64,000 bases of DNA from Terriglobales bacterium (GTDB lineage Bacteria; Acidobacteriota; Terriglobia; Terriglobales; Acidobacteriaceae), in NCBI GenBank assembly GCA_035567135.1, contig DATMQI010000112.1, forward strand, positions 51,297 through 115,296. Direction: 5' to 3'. The first letter of the stretch is position 1. Each line of letters starts with the position of its first letter. The notes under the pieces were generated by a model. The model did not search any database. It was not told the DNA's origin and saw only the letters and a list, made by a program, of their open reading frames with translations. Positions 46,866 through 56,784 of the stretch are shown here, one piece after another. The translations under genes and the position numbers were made by a program.

Positions 46866-48191
46866 ATGAAGAAACGGTTTTTCACGGCACTTATTATTGC
46901 CGCACTGCTTGTACTCACCCCTGCCGCAACGCCGCTCGGCGTTGCGCAAACCGATTCATCGCAGCGTTCCACTAAGCACCAAAGGCCCGTGGAGCCTTGG
47001 CTCTTTGGCATGTCCACACACTGGTTCGAGCCCTGGCCAATGCTCAACTTTGCCGGATTGAGATTGTGGGGCACCGGCACACTCTGGGCGGAAATGAACC
47101 CGAGCCAAGGTGTATACGATTGGACGACACTGGATAAATGGATAGCCGCATCGCAAAACAGCGGAAGTCACGGCATCATCTTGACCCTGGCTATGACCCC
47201 GACTTGGGCGTCGTCAAATCCCACCGACCAGCAATGCCACTATGGTCCCGGCGAGTGCGACGCACCGAACGATGTGAACCCCGATGGCACTGGTACCGAC
47301 CAACACTGGAAAGACTTCGTTACCGCAGTCGCCACTCATGCCAACGGACAGATTCGCTTCTGGGAATTATGGAACGAGCCAGTTAACTATTACTACTGGA
47401 ACGGAACCTTTCCCCAAATGGTGCGCATGGCCAAGGATGCTTACACGATTGTTCACCGGATCAATCCCAACTCCTTAATGCTGAGTCCGCCCAACGGCGC
47501 CAATCTTCCATACGGCCAGCACTGGTGGGAGAAGTATGCCGCCCAGGGAGGTTTACAGTACGCCGACGTCATCGCGTTCCACGGTTACAGTTTTCCGCCT
47601 CCGTACACATGCGGAGTCTATCCGCAGGCCTCTGCCATCATCGGCCATGTGGCCAACCTCAGAACAATCCTGGCGCAGTACAACGCGCTTGATAAGCCCC
47701 TCTGGGACACCGAAGCGAGCTGGGGTGGAGTCACCCATGATTGCTTCACCGATCAAGATTTGCAGGCTGCCTTCCTGGTTGAGTTCTACATGTTCCATCG
47801 CAGTTTGGACATCCGCCATTTTTACTGGTTTGCCTACGACGATGGTGACGACGGCAAGCTGTGGGATCAGGGATCCGGGAAGCTCAGAAAAGCTGGCGCG
47901 GCTTTCAACGAAGTTCAAAAATGGATGATCGGTAACGCCATGACCGAAAACTGCTCATCCGGCGACAAGACAATCTGGACCTGCGGATTCAAGGGACCTA
48001 AGGGCTATGTAGCACAGGCCATCTGGGATACCGCCGAAACCTGTAAAAACGGCAGCTGCCAGACTATTCAATACCCGGTCGACCCGAAGTACACCGCGTA
48101 CCGTACTTTGGATGGCGACACCATTTCGATAACCAACGGCAAGGTTCCGATCGGAGCAAAGCCCATCATGCTTGAGAACTTCATACCCTAG
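46866..48191 (+). CDS. secreted clan GH-A-like glycoside hydrolase (paralog of 22924..24171)
   Basis: The ATG at 46866 is preceded by GGGAGG. Signal peptide MKKRFFTALIIAALLVL. FWELWNEPVNYYYWNG and WDTEASW parallel the motifs of the other copy. Confidence 0.7.
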   Translation: MKKRFFTALIIAALLVLTPAATPLGVAQTDSSQRSTKHQRPVEPWLFGMSTHWFEPWPMLNFAGLRLWGTGTLWAEMNPSQGVYDWTTLDKWIAASQNSGSHGIILTLAMTPTWASSNPTDQQCHYGPGECDAPNDVNPDGTGTDQHWKDFVTAVATHANGQIRFWELWNEPVNYYYWNGTFPQMVRMAKDAYTIVHRINPNSLMLSPPNGANLPYGQHWWEKYAAQGGLQYADVIAFHGYSFPPPYTCGVYPQASAIIGHVANLRTILAQYNALDKPLWDTEASWGGVTHDCFTDQDLQAAFLVEFYMFHRSLDIRHFYWFAYDDGDDGKLWDQGSGKLRKAGAAFNEVQKWMIGNAMTENCSSGDKTIWTCGFKGPKGYVAQAIWDTAETCKNGSCQTIQYPVDPKYTAYRTLDGDTISITNGKVPIGAKPIMLENFIP

Positions 48192-48208
48192 CCGCACGGG
48201 AAGAGAGC

Positions 48209-49759
48209 TCAACCGACGCCCGAGTAACTCCTTACGCCCACGGGTCTTAAGCCGGCCCGTGGGACTCTAACCCTCCTGCGACGGAGCAGTTCAGCGTAGC
48301 CCACAAGAACGAAGAGCAGCAAGGGTACATGCCAAACCAGTTCAACATTGAAGAACGAATGGACCGTAATCACTGCCAGCACCCCGACTGCTTCGTATGC
48401 CATCTGCCGACCGTGTGGACTCAGAGCTCGGTCCCTGACGCCACGGATTAAGTACCACCAGGTCCCTCCCAATGCCGCCACGAACGGGATGAGACCCGCA
48501 AGCCCCACACCCACCAAGAGCTCGATCCAGTCGCTGTGCAGCGTCGCCGTGTCGGTCCCGAGTTTCGTCATAATGAAGAATCTGCCCGCCGCGTACGCTC
48601 CCATCCCCAGAAGGGGATGCGCCGCAAACTGCTGCAAGGCGAAGGTCCAAACCTCAGCCCGTCCGGTAAGGCTCTTCATTGCTTCCGCGTTCTGCTCGCG
48701 CTGAAGGTAAGCGATCACGATACCGCCCAAAGGAGTAAAGAGAAGAGTAAGCGCGCCGACAACGCTGCCGGTTATCACGGTGAGAATCCGTCCGGAAAGA
48801 ATCAGCACTAGCACGACGGCGAAAAGAAAGGCGCCAACTGCATTTCGTGTTTGCGATATCAGAAGAGAAAGAAAACTAAAGACGAAAAGCAATATATACA
48901 ACGAAGTATTGGTTCGGCGGCGACTCAGCGGCAGTAGCCGGCACAGTGCAATCACGGCGAAGAACGCTCCGGATTGCCCCACCGCGTTCGAGCCTGTTGC
49001 CGGAATAAGTCCCCTGATCCGCGAGTCTGCGAATGAATCGCTGGGCCACAGGGGAACCTGCAACCAAACCCAGGCTAACTCGACTCCGAATATAAGCCAC
49101 GTCCAGTCAAACAGAACCTCGTAATCTTCCAACGTCCAAATGTTGGCGAGCGCAACGCCCAAAACCGAAACGTCGAGGAGGTACTCCAAAGACTTGTAAA
49201 GAGTCCAGGCCGAATAAACCGACCATAAGGTAGAGGCACAGCAGACCAAGGCAAAAATTGTCAACGCCCCCGGAATTCCTCCAAACATGCATCGAATCCA
49301 GGCTACAGCCTCCTTCCGGCGGTAAAGACGAGCCATCAGCCAGAGCCCCACGATCATTTCCGGAATGATCCGCAGCAAAGTCCAGGCATCCAACGGCTGC
49401 GCTTGCGTTGCCTCTTGATCCCGAATTCGGAAGACCAGGGTACTGATATATAAGAGAACCCACAGAGCATGCCACCAGCGCAGTTTTGGCCACAGGGCCG
49501 ACGTTTTGCGCGCAAGCCGAGGGACGGCCATTACTCCCGAGATCAGCGCCAGCGGTACAATCACAACGATTGCTACCGGCGCCGCCATCCCGAATCGCGG
49601 GTAGTTCAGCGCTACCCAGAACAGACCGGAGATCAGCATGAAGCCCAGCGCTGCAATCAGGAGCACCCAAACAACCGTGGACTTGCTCGAAAGCGCGCCC
49701 TGCCGCCACCAAGCGCGGCGACCGTAATCTAGTGGGATTTGAAGTTGTTCGGTTTGCAT
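48209..49759 (-). CDS. O-antigen ligase/polymerase-like (Wzy_C family) integral membrane protein
   Basis: About 11-12 hydrophobic helices and a large loop with SQTRNAVGAFLF, typical of Wzy/WaaL-type proteins. It sits inside the Wzx/Wza block. Confidence 0.7.
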   Translation of the reverse strand: MQTEQLQIPLDYGRRAWWRQGALSSKSTVVWVLLIAALGFMLISGLFWVALNYPRFGMAAPVAIVVIVPLALISGVMAVPRLARKTSALWPKLRWWHALWVLLYISTLVFRIRDQEATQAQPLDAWTLLRIIPEMIVGLWLMARLYRRKEAVAWIRCMFGGIPGALTIFALVCCASTLWSVYSAWTLYKSLEYLLDVSVLGVALANIWTLEDYEVLFDWTWLIFGVELAWVWLQVPLWPSDSFADSRIRGLIPATGSNAVGQSGAFFAVIALCRLLPLSRRRTNTSLYILLFVFSFLSLLISQTRNAVGAFLFAVVLVLILSGRILTVITGSVVGALTLLFTPLGGIVIAYLQREQNAEAMKSLTGRAEVWTFALQQFAAHPLLGMGAYAAGRFFIMTKLGTDTATLHSDWIELLVGVGLAGLIPFVAALGGTWWYLIRGVRDRALSPHGRQMAYEAVGVLAVITVHSFFNVELVWHVPLLLFVLVGYAELLRRRRVRVPRAGLRPVGVRSYSGVG

Positions 49760-49824
49760 TAAATACCGCGATTCGAACTACTCATCGCGAAGTCTTTCTT
49801 TTTTCTTATGCCCTACGCCTGGAA

Positions 49825-50748
49825 CTACGAAATACTGCTGGTGCTCTGAAGCACCGGGTTGAGATCAGCGGCTGATTCTGAAATCCCACTGGCCAGCTGG
49901 TATCCCAAGCGCAGCAGTAAGCTGCCGGCATGCTGTTCGATGAACTGCACCTGCGCAGGGCTAAGTTTCGAGCGCCACGCCTGCACCGAACCAGTGCGCA
50001 CGAAACGATCCTTCACCGACGCCCGCTGTGGCTCCGCTTGCTCCTTCTCCTTCATCTTCTCCAGCAGATTATTGGCCACGGCCCGCCGAATCCGCTCTTG
50101 ATCCACGCGCACACCCAGGAAGTCTGCCATGCGGCTGAAGCCTTCATCGGGATTCTGGCGCAAGTCTTCGAAGCGCATTACCAGCATATTGTCAGTGCCG
50201 GCAATGGGAGAATTCAGCCAGGAAGTAATATGGCGCGGCCAAGGGCCGAAGCCGCTGATCTTTCCGCACAAAAACACGTTTAAGAATTCGTCCAGATCAC
50301 CACGAAAAAACTCCAACGCCCGCGTATAAGCAAATTCAGACAGAATCACATCGCGTACATCGCGTACCAGATAGATCGCTTTCTTGTAGTCAGTCCGATA
50401 CTGCTCGTGGGTGGCAATCAACCTCCCGTTTGCCGGTAGAAGGTGTGCTCCAAATTTGTGTCTGCCAACTCCCCGCACCGCAGCGTTAACCGCGTGAAAA
50501 CTAGCCTCCTGACCCGTAAGAATTTCAAAGAGAGTAAACCGCGACCAGGTCGTACCCGACCTCGGATAGGAAGCGAAGAAGACGTCCGTCGGAGTAATGC
50601 CGCGATGGCGCAGCCAGATGTGAGGGACGCGCAGCTTCGTCTTGGAAATGTGCCGACGAAACTTTCGCCAAGCGGAGGTGGGCTTCTTGCGCCCCGTTTC
50701 TGTGCCCGGTTTTGAACTTGGCTGCGGATTGTGAGACTGCTCACTCAT
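49825..50748 (-). CDS. PAPS-dependent sulfotransferase (Sulfotransfer_1-like)
   Basis: YPRSGTTWSRFTLFEIL and IYLVRDVRDVILSEF. Paralogous to 9369..10274. Confidence 0.85.
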   Translation of the reverse strand: MSEQSHNPQPSSKPGTETGRKKPTSAWRKFRRHISKTKLRVPHIWLRHRGITPTDVFFASYPRSGTTWSRFTLFEILTGQEASFHAVNAAVRGVGRHKFGAHLLPANGRLIATHEQYRTDYKKAIYLVRDVRDVILSEFAYTRALEFFRGDLDEFLNVFLCGKISGFGPWPRHITSWLNSPIAGTDNMLVMRFEDLRQNPDEGFSRMADFLGVRVDQERIRRAVANNLLEKMKEKEQAEPQRASVKDRFVRTGSVQAWRSKLSPAQVQFIEQHAGSLLLRLGYQLASGISESAADLNPVLQSTSSIS

Positions 50749-50814
50749 CGATCGCTCCTCTCTGTAACTGGTAACTGCGTTTTCATCGTTTGATTTTGAA
50801 CAGCGGCCCAGTTC

Positions 50815-52254
50815 CTACTCTGCGGGCAACTCCTCGGCTAGGGCTTGCACGGCGGGGCGCTTCCACCCAAGCCATCGCTCGATGCCGCTGACCCTGCCCG
50901 CGACTTTACTGCGCAACACGGTTAAGACGATCACCCAGGAGAGAACGTCGGCCAAGTTCGTACCCCAAACCGCTCCTCCGACTCCGAATGCCCAAGTCGC
51001 GGGTATCCCGATTAATAAAGAGAGGCCAGTTGCCAGTGCATAGGCGGCGAAGACGGACGCAGGAGATTCCATGGCGCGCAGGGCCGTGGCCGGTCCAAAA
51101 CAGGCCGTCCACACCAGAGATCCGAAGGCTACTGCAGGCAGTAAATGTGCCACTTCGGAATATCGACCGGAGTATAAGAAACGAAATATAGGATGCTGGA
51201 AAATCAAAATCACACCCCAGTACGCGCCCGCCATCGCGACCATGCCGAGCGTCAGTCTGGTGCTTAACGAACCGACACCGGCGCGCCCGCTTTGCGCACG
51301 AACTCGAGCCGCGTAGGGAAGAAACAGCAAGGCCAGTGCTGCTTTAATCTGCTCCACCGGCAAAGTGAAATTCATCAGAGCGCGCAATTGGCCGGAGTGG
51401 GCCATGCTGGAAAACGAACTAAGTAGAGGATAGTAAATGTAAGCGGGGATCCAGTTGGCCACGCAACCGGCTAAGGCCCAGCGGCCATATCCCCAATGTC
51501 GCCGCCAGCTCTCGCCGACGCTTGGTGCCAAGCCGCCCGGACGTAACTGCGAACGCAGGCGCGACAGATTGTAGAACGCTGTTCCCAACGCCGCGAACGC
51601 CATTAATACAAACGCAGTGAATGGCGAAAGCAGCCCACGATGATAAAGCAAGAATAGTCCGCTTACGCTGAGCGCCGAGTAAACAAATGCGCCCAAGGCT
51701 GCCTGCGAGGCGGCTAACTCCAGGTAAAAGGTGCGGCGAGCCAACCAGAACAGCAAGACACAAGGAGACGTGATGGTCACCCCGGCCAGCGCACCTGCCA
51801 ACACATTGGAATGCGAGAACTCTCTGGCCCCAAGTGCGGAAACGCTAAAAACGACTATCATGCCCACAGACAGGGCGAGGTGGATCCAAAGCAGCGATCC
51901 TAAATATCCGCGTAGACAGTTGCGGTACGAGGACCCGCCGAAAACCGCCATCGGTTCCAGCACGAGTGACTGGTACACCAACGAAATCAAAACGAAAAAA
52001 CCGAACGCTACCGCGTAGGCGCCATACTGTTCAGGCACCAGCCAGCGCGCAAGCAGAATGCCGGCTAAAAAATTCGAGCCCGAAATCAATCCCTGGTCGA
52101 GTATGGCGAATCCGCCTCTTTGCACCCACGGAACAGCCTTGGCCAGCGCTGTGTCTGGCCGGATACCGAGTAACCTGCCGGCGAGCAAGTTTCGACGCCG
52201 CTGCGGCGTTTCCGCTGATTCTTCGGTAGATTCTTGAAGCTCAGGTTCCAGCAA
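50815..52254 (-). CDS. Wzx-like polysaccharide flippase (MOP superfamily)
   Basis: About 12-14 helices, with the N-terminal cytoplasmic segment followed by GGFAILDQGLISGSNFLAGILLARWL, typical of oligosaccharide flippases. TTG start. Confidence 0.75.
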   Translation of the reverse strand: MLEPELQESTEESAETPQRRRNLLAGRLLGIRPDTALAKAVPWVQRGGFAILDQGLISGSNFLAGILLARWLVPEQYGAYAVAFGFFVLISLVYQSLVLEPMAVFGGSSYRNCLRGYLGSLLWIHLALSVGMIVVFSVSALGAREFSHSNVLAGALAGVTITSPCVLLFWLARRTFYLELAASQAALGAFVYSALSVSGLFLLYHRGLLSPFTAFVLMAFAALGTAFYNLSRLRSQLRPGGLAPSVGESWRRHWGYGRWALAGCVANWIPAYIYYPLLSSFSSMAHSGQLRALMNFTLPVEQIKAALALLFLPYAARVRAQSGRAGVGSLSTRLTLGMVAMAGAYWGVILIFQHPIFRFLYSGRYSEVAHLLPAVAFGSLVWTACFGPATALRAMESPASVFAAYALATGLSLLIGIPATWAFGVGGAVWGTNLADVLSWVIVLTVLRSKVAGRVSGIERWLGWKRPAVQALAEELPAE

Positions 52255-52323
52255 AGGAGTTTCTTTCGCTATCCGATCTGCTAAGCGCCCAGGCGCCTTG
52301 GCAAACGCCGAGTTGCTGCGAAG

Positions 52324-55125
52324 TCATCTGGCCTGCAAAGCGCGTCCACGGTGCTCGGATTCCATGCCAGCCTGGTCGATGCAATTTTTAAGGCATTCGG
52401 CCAGGGTGTTTACTTGCGGTTCAACCAACATGTCGTAATGGTCGCCGGGGATTTCGTGAATATCCAAACTGGAGATTAAACCATTCCAAGCGGCGAGAGG
52501 ATCTTCGGAGCTTCGCAAAGATTTTTCCGCAGCTCGTATGAGAGCAGCCTTGCCCGCGTACGGCTTTAGCTCATAGCGGTCGGCGGCCGTCGCGTTTGAG
52601 TCGCGTACGTCGCGCAACACTTGCGGCACCCGCCAGTTTTTCAGGCTACGGCGTATTCTCTTCCCGGCTATCCTGGGCAGGTCATGAACCCAATGCTGCC
52701 AAGTGGGGTGGAGCAGTAGACCGATCAAGGAGGTGCCCACGGCCTTCAAGTTTCCGGGATAGGTGTCGAAGAGCACCAGCAGGCCGACCTCTTGGCCGCT
52801 CGCGCGAAGCTGCTGCGCCATTTCGTAGGCGACCAACCCGCCGAAAGAAAATCCGCCCAGGAAGTAGGAACCTTCGGGCTGCAGGCTACGAATCTCATTG
52901 ATATAGTGTGCCGCCATCTCTTGAATGCTGGTATGGCAAGGATGCTTGCCGTCCAGACCTTGCGACTGCAATCCGTAAAAGGGATGGTCGGGACCCATGC
53001 GACGCCCCAGTTCATGAAAGCCGATCGCATTGCCCCCCACTCCGTGGATGCAGAAAAAGGGTGGCTCGGATCCGCTCGGCTGAATCGGCACCAGCGAAGA
53101 CCAATGATGCGACCATCCGTCCTGACGCAGAGCCGCGGCCAGTTGTTCAACGGTTGGGGATTCAACCAGCATCGCCAAAGGTAAATTCTTGCCGAGCACC
53201 TGGCCCGCCCGGTACATGAGTTTGGCAGCGAGCAGCGAGTGACCGCCAAGCTCGAAAAAATTATCTCGAGTCCCAATCCGCTTTTTACCGAGCACCTCTT
53301 GCCAAATCTTAATCAACTGTGATTCCAGAGCATCAGTTGCAGCGTTAGTCTCTCCCGAAACTTCAGCTTCAGGCGCCGGCAATCCACGCCGGTCGATTTT
53401 GCCATTCGGCGTCAAAGGCATCGCAGACAGAATCACGAAATCCGATGGCACCATGTGCTCAGGCAAATCGTTCCGCAAATAGCGGCGGAGATCTTGAACC
53501 GTGATCTTAGTTTGGTGCGCAGGCACGACGTACGCCACCAAACGCTTATCACCGCCTTCATCTTCTCTGGCGACGACGGCAACTTCGCGAAGCGCCGGAT
53601 GCTTGGCCAATGCGACTTCAATTTCTCCCAGCTCAATTCGAAATCCACGAATCTTGACCTGGTCATCGGTTCGTCCCACAAACTCAATTTCACCGGATGG
53701 AAGATACCGGGCAAGATCGCCGGTCTTATAGATGCGCGCGTCCGGGTCAGTCGAAAAGGGATCGGAAATGAACTTCTCTGCAGTCAACTCCGGACGATTC
53801 AGATAGCCTCGCGCCACACCGACGCCGCCAATATGAAGCTCTCCAGCCACGCCAATCGGAACCGGATTCAGTTCAGCATCGAGCAGGTAGATTCGCACAT
53901 TCGCCACCGGACGGCCGATGGGAATGTTCTCCGGAATCCGATCAAAATCAGATTTCGGCTCGTACACTGTCGCCGCGATACTGCCCTCAGTGGGCCCATA
54001 AGTGTTGACCCAACGTGCGCGACGCCCCGCAGAGCCAACCCACGCGGCGTATGCCTTTGCTGATACCTTTTCGCCACCGACGATCACCAGCCGTAGACCT
54101 TCGGGCGCCGGCTTTCTCAACTCCGAAATCTGGTGCATCCACTCATGCCAATATGCAGTCGGCAGATCGAGAACGGTTATGCCGTTCCGCTCAACCCAAG
54201 CAAGGAACTCTGGAACCGCGAGTGGCATCTCCTCCGACTTCATCACCAGAGTGGCCCCGCTGAGCCAGGTGATGAACATCTCTTCAACGGCAATGTCAAA
54301 GCTGACCGAACAGAACTGGAGCACGCGGTCGGCAGGGCTCATTGAATATGCCCGCGCCATATTGAGGTTGTAGTTCACCAATCCGGCATGCGGCAGCAGA
54401 ACCCCGCGCGGCTTTCCCGTGGATCCTGAAGTGTAAATAACGTACGCAATGTCGCTCGGCGCTACGCTGATGTTTGGATTGCTCCGAGGCGAGCTGTCGA
54501 GAGCTTCCGATTTCTCCGCCAGCACAAGCACTTCGCAGCCTGCCGATGTGTTCCCTGACAAAATGCCCCGCTCCGTAATAAGGAGTCGCGCGCCCACGTC
54601 GTGAAGCATGTAGGCAAGTCGTTCCTGGGGATACTTAGGATCGAGCGGAACACAAGCCCCACCCGACTTCAAGACTGCCAACACTGCTACTGCGAAATCG
54701 AGCGAGGGGTTCAGACAGATCGCAACTCTCTCATTCGGTCCGACTCCTCGCTCACCCAAATAATGAGCCAACTGGTTGGCGCGCGAGTTGAATTCGCAGT
54801 ATGAGAGCTGCTGGTCCTTCCAGATAACGGCTGCCCTTTCAGGCACGAGTTGCGCCTGGGCTGCCACCAGTTCGTGTAGGCATTTTTCGCGTGGGTACTC
54901 GCATGCCGTCTGGTTCCATTCAGTCAAGATTCTTCGCCGCTCCTCTTCCGTGAGCATACACAAATCCTGTTCCGGACCGCGCTCCGCGATCGGCATTTGC
55001 TCAGATGCAGGAGCGTGCGCCTTCGGCGGCAAAGATGTCCCGATGGGTATGTTCTCTGTTTGCATGGAGGGGCGAGGAACTAAAAAGACTAAGGGCCGTG
55101 TGAACCGTGAGGGAGCCTGCAGCAC
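52324..55125 (-). CDS. non-ribosomal peptide synthetase, A-T-TE (no condensation domain)
   Basis: A domain: IAYVIYTSGSTGKPRGV, VSFDIAVEEMF, NTYGPTE, GELHIGGVGVARGY, YKTGDLARY, KIRGFRIELGEIE and PNGKIDR. T domain: FFELGGHSLL. TE domain: canonical GGFSFGG, LFDT and PGDHYDM. GTG at 55125 or ATG at 55065. Confidence 0.9.
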   Translation of the reverse strand: MLQAPSRFTRPLVFLVPRPSMQTENIPIGTSLPPKAHAPASEQMPIAERGPEQDLCMLTEEERRRILTEWNQTACEYPREKCLHELVAAQAQLVPERAAVIWKDQQLSYCEFNSRANQLAHYLGERGVGPNERVAICLNPSLDFAVAVLAVLKSGGACVPLDPKYPQERLAYMLHDVGARLLITERGILSGNTSAGCEVLVLAEKSEALDSSPRSNPNISVAPSDIAYVIYTSGSTGKPRGVLLPHAGLVNYNLNMARAYSMSPADRVLQFCSVSFDIAVEEMFITWLSGATLVMKSEEMPLAVPEFLAWVERNGITVLDLPTAYWHEWMHQISELRKPAPEGLRLVIVGGEKVSAKAYAAWVGSAGRRARWVNTYGPTEGSIAATVYEPKSDFDRIPENIPIGRPVANVRIYLLDAELNPVPIGVAGELHIGGVGVARGYLNRPELTAEKFISDPFSTDPDARIYKTGDLARYLPSGEIEFVGRTDDQVKIRGFRIELGEIEVALAKHPALREVAVVAREDEGGDKRLVAYVVPAHQTKITVQDLRRYLRNDLPEHMVPSDFVILSAMPLTPNGKIDRRGLPAPEAEVSGETNAATDALESQLIKIWQEVLGKKRIGTRDNFFELGGHSLLAAKLMYRAGQVLGKNLPLAMLVESPTVEQLAAALRQDGWSHHWSSLVPIQPSGSEPPFFCIHGVGGNAIGFHELGRRMGPDHPFYGLQSQGLDGKHPCHTSIQEMAAHYINEIRSLQPEGSYFLGGFSFGGLVAYEMAQQLRASGQEVGLLVLFDTYPGNLKAVGTSLIGLLLHPTWQHWVHDLPRIAGKRIRRSLKNWRVPQVLRDVRDSNATAADRYELKPYAGKAALIRAAEKSLRSSEDPLAAWNGLISSLDIHEIPGDHYDMLVEPQVNTLAECLKNCIDQAGMESEHRGRALQAR

Positions 55126-55143
55126 GACCGTCGCCGAATCAAC

Positions 55144-56595
55144 TCAGGCAGCGCCGGAGCCGCGAAGCACTGCGGGGATTGTTCTAGCGAGAATTTGAAG
55201 ATCAAGCCACAAAGACCAGTTGCGAACATACTGAAGGTCCAGCTCCATCCACTGGTGGAAAGGCAGCGAACTTCGGCCGTTCACCTGCCACAGACAGGTA
55301 ATTCCTGGGCGCACACTGAAACGGCAACGTTGCCAGTCCTCGCCGACTTCGGTAAACAATTCGTAATCCCGCAACTGCAGGGGCCGAGGGCCGACTAGAC
55401 TCATATCGCCGCTCAGAACATTGAAGAGTTGGGGCAATTCGTCAATGCTCGTCTTGCGCAGAAACCTTCCAACCGGCGTGAGCCGGGGATCGTTCTTGAT
55501 CTTGAATACTGGACCAGAGACCTCATTGAGGTGTTCGATCTCACGCAGCTTGTCTTCCGCGTTCATCACCATGGTGCGGAACTTGAAGATGGTGAAGGTG
55601 CGTTTGTTGAGCCCCACCCGCTCTTGCGCGAAGAACACCGGTCCGGGGGTAGTGAGTTTTACCAGAACGGCGACCACCAAAAGTACCGGCGCCAGCGCAA
55701 TCAGCAGCAGCAGAGAAAGTGTGAAGTCCAGGGTACGTTTGATCACCGTAGGCCAGCCTTCTTCCATGCCGCTATAGTGGGTGATCAACGGAGATCCTTC
55801 GAACTCCGCCATCGAATTTATATTCCTGAGATTGAAAAGGTCCGGCATGCCCCGGATGATAATTCCCTGCTGCTCGCACATGGCCGCAATATCGGACGCG
55901 TGATCATGAAACGAACGCATGGGTATCGCGATAACCACTTCGTCGACTACGCTACGCCGCAAGAATTTGCGCAGATCCGTCAGGTTGCAACGCACCGTCC
56001 AACCGTTTTTTTCGACCTCTTCGATTCCGGCCCACGGGTTGTCGGCAAAACCGATAATCCGGTAACCCAGTTCCGGCCGGGATCGGATCCTCTTCGCAAG
56101 TTCAATCGCCCGTTGATTGGCTCCGACGATCAACATGTTCCGCAGATCGCGTCCGTCCCCGCGGATGCGGCGTAGATACGTGCGGATCGCAATTCGGACG
56201 CACACCGCGGCGCAAGTACTGAATCCCCAAAAGATGAATAAAAATTCCAGGTTCACCATTCGGAAGTGGAGAATGAAAGAAAACATCCCCAATACCAGAG
56301 CTGACAGCGAGGTCGCTTTGATTGCGTCCAGGGCCTCAGCCCGGCGGCTCGAGAGTCGTTTGGAACCGTACAAACCGAGCGTCGTGAAAATGAGATGCCA
56401 GATCCACAACAGCGCAGTAAACATTACGAAATTCTGCAGCTTGATCCGCATCTCGAGGAACTGGGTGAAGAATACCGAAGCGCCCATCGCCAGGTGAGGC
56501 AGCGTGGCCACTCCAAACGAGAGCGCCAGGATCAACAAGTCGAATACCTTGCTGGCACTGGTCAATACTCGGCGTTTCATCGATCCCATTGGCAT
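55144..56595 (-). CDS. polyprenyl-phosphate glycosyl-phosphotransferase (WbaP/EpsB-type priming enzyme)
   Basis: N-terminal TM helices and a CoA-binding-like linker. The C-terminal bacterial sugar-transferase domain reads KRTLDFTLSLLLLIALAPVLL...GPVFFAQERVGLNKRTFTIFKFRTM...SLVGPRP. Confidence 0.9.
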   Translation of the reverse strand: MPMGSMKRRVLTSASKVFDLLILALSFGVATLPHLAMGASVFFTQFLEMRIKLQNFVMFTALLWIWHLIFTTLGLYGSKRLSSRRAEALDAIKATSLSALVLGMFSFILHFRMVNLEFLFIFWGFSTCAAVCVRIAIRTYLRRIRGDGRDLRNMLIVGANQRAIELAKRIRSRPELGYRIIGFADNPWAGIEEVEKNGWTVRCNLTDLRKFLRRSVVDEVVIAIPMRSFHDHASDIAAMCEQQGIIIRGMPDLFNLRNINSMAEFEGSPLITHYSGMEEGWPTVIKRTLDFTLSLLLLIALAPVLLVVAVLVKLTTPGPVFFAQERVGLNKRTFTIFKFRTMVMNAEDKLREIEHLNEVSGPVFKIKNDPRLTPVGRFLRKTSIDELPQLFNVLSGDMSLVGPRPLQLRDYELFTEVGEDWQRCRFSVRPGITCLWQVNGRSSLPFHQWMELDLQYVRNWSLWLDLQILARTIPAVLRGSGAA

Positions 56596-56703
56596 AGTCC
56601 TGTCAGATGCGGTTTCTGTTCGCTGGGTACGGGACGGGGGAGTAGGCTATTGAATTCTCCTGTACAGAAAGGGGGGGGACAGAGAAGAAAAACCTGGTTC
56701 ATG

Positions 56704-56733
56704 CTTTTAAAGCAACCGGACTGGCGTCCGGCT
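56704..56733 (-). terminator. possible weak terminator hairpin after the BY-kinase-like gene
   Basis: On the minus strand: stem AGCCGGAC, loop GCCA, stem GTCCGGTT (one G-U pair), followed by GCTTTAAAAG. The T-tract is weak. Confidence 0.3.
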
Positions 56734-56784
56734 TCGTGCGGAGCCGTACTCCGATTTGCTCGAAGTGCTGAACAATGTGCTGAA

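Noticed and set aside
46709-47080. 123-aa minus-strand ORF overlapping the 5' end of the plus-strand GH gene.
   Set aside because: It overlaps a gene with an RBS, a signal peptide and catalytic motifs, and has no features of its own.
48237-48263. 8-bp inverted repeat cccacggg-(11 nt)-cccgtggg near the convergent ends of the GH and Wzy-like genes.
   Set aside because: It lies inside the 3' coding tail of the Wzy-like ORF and has no flanking T-run. It could still act as a bidirectional terminator, but that is unsupported.
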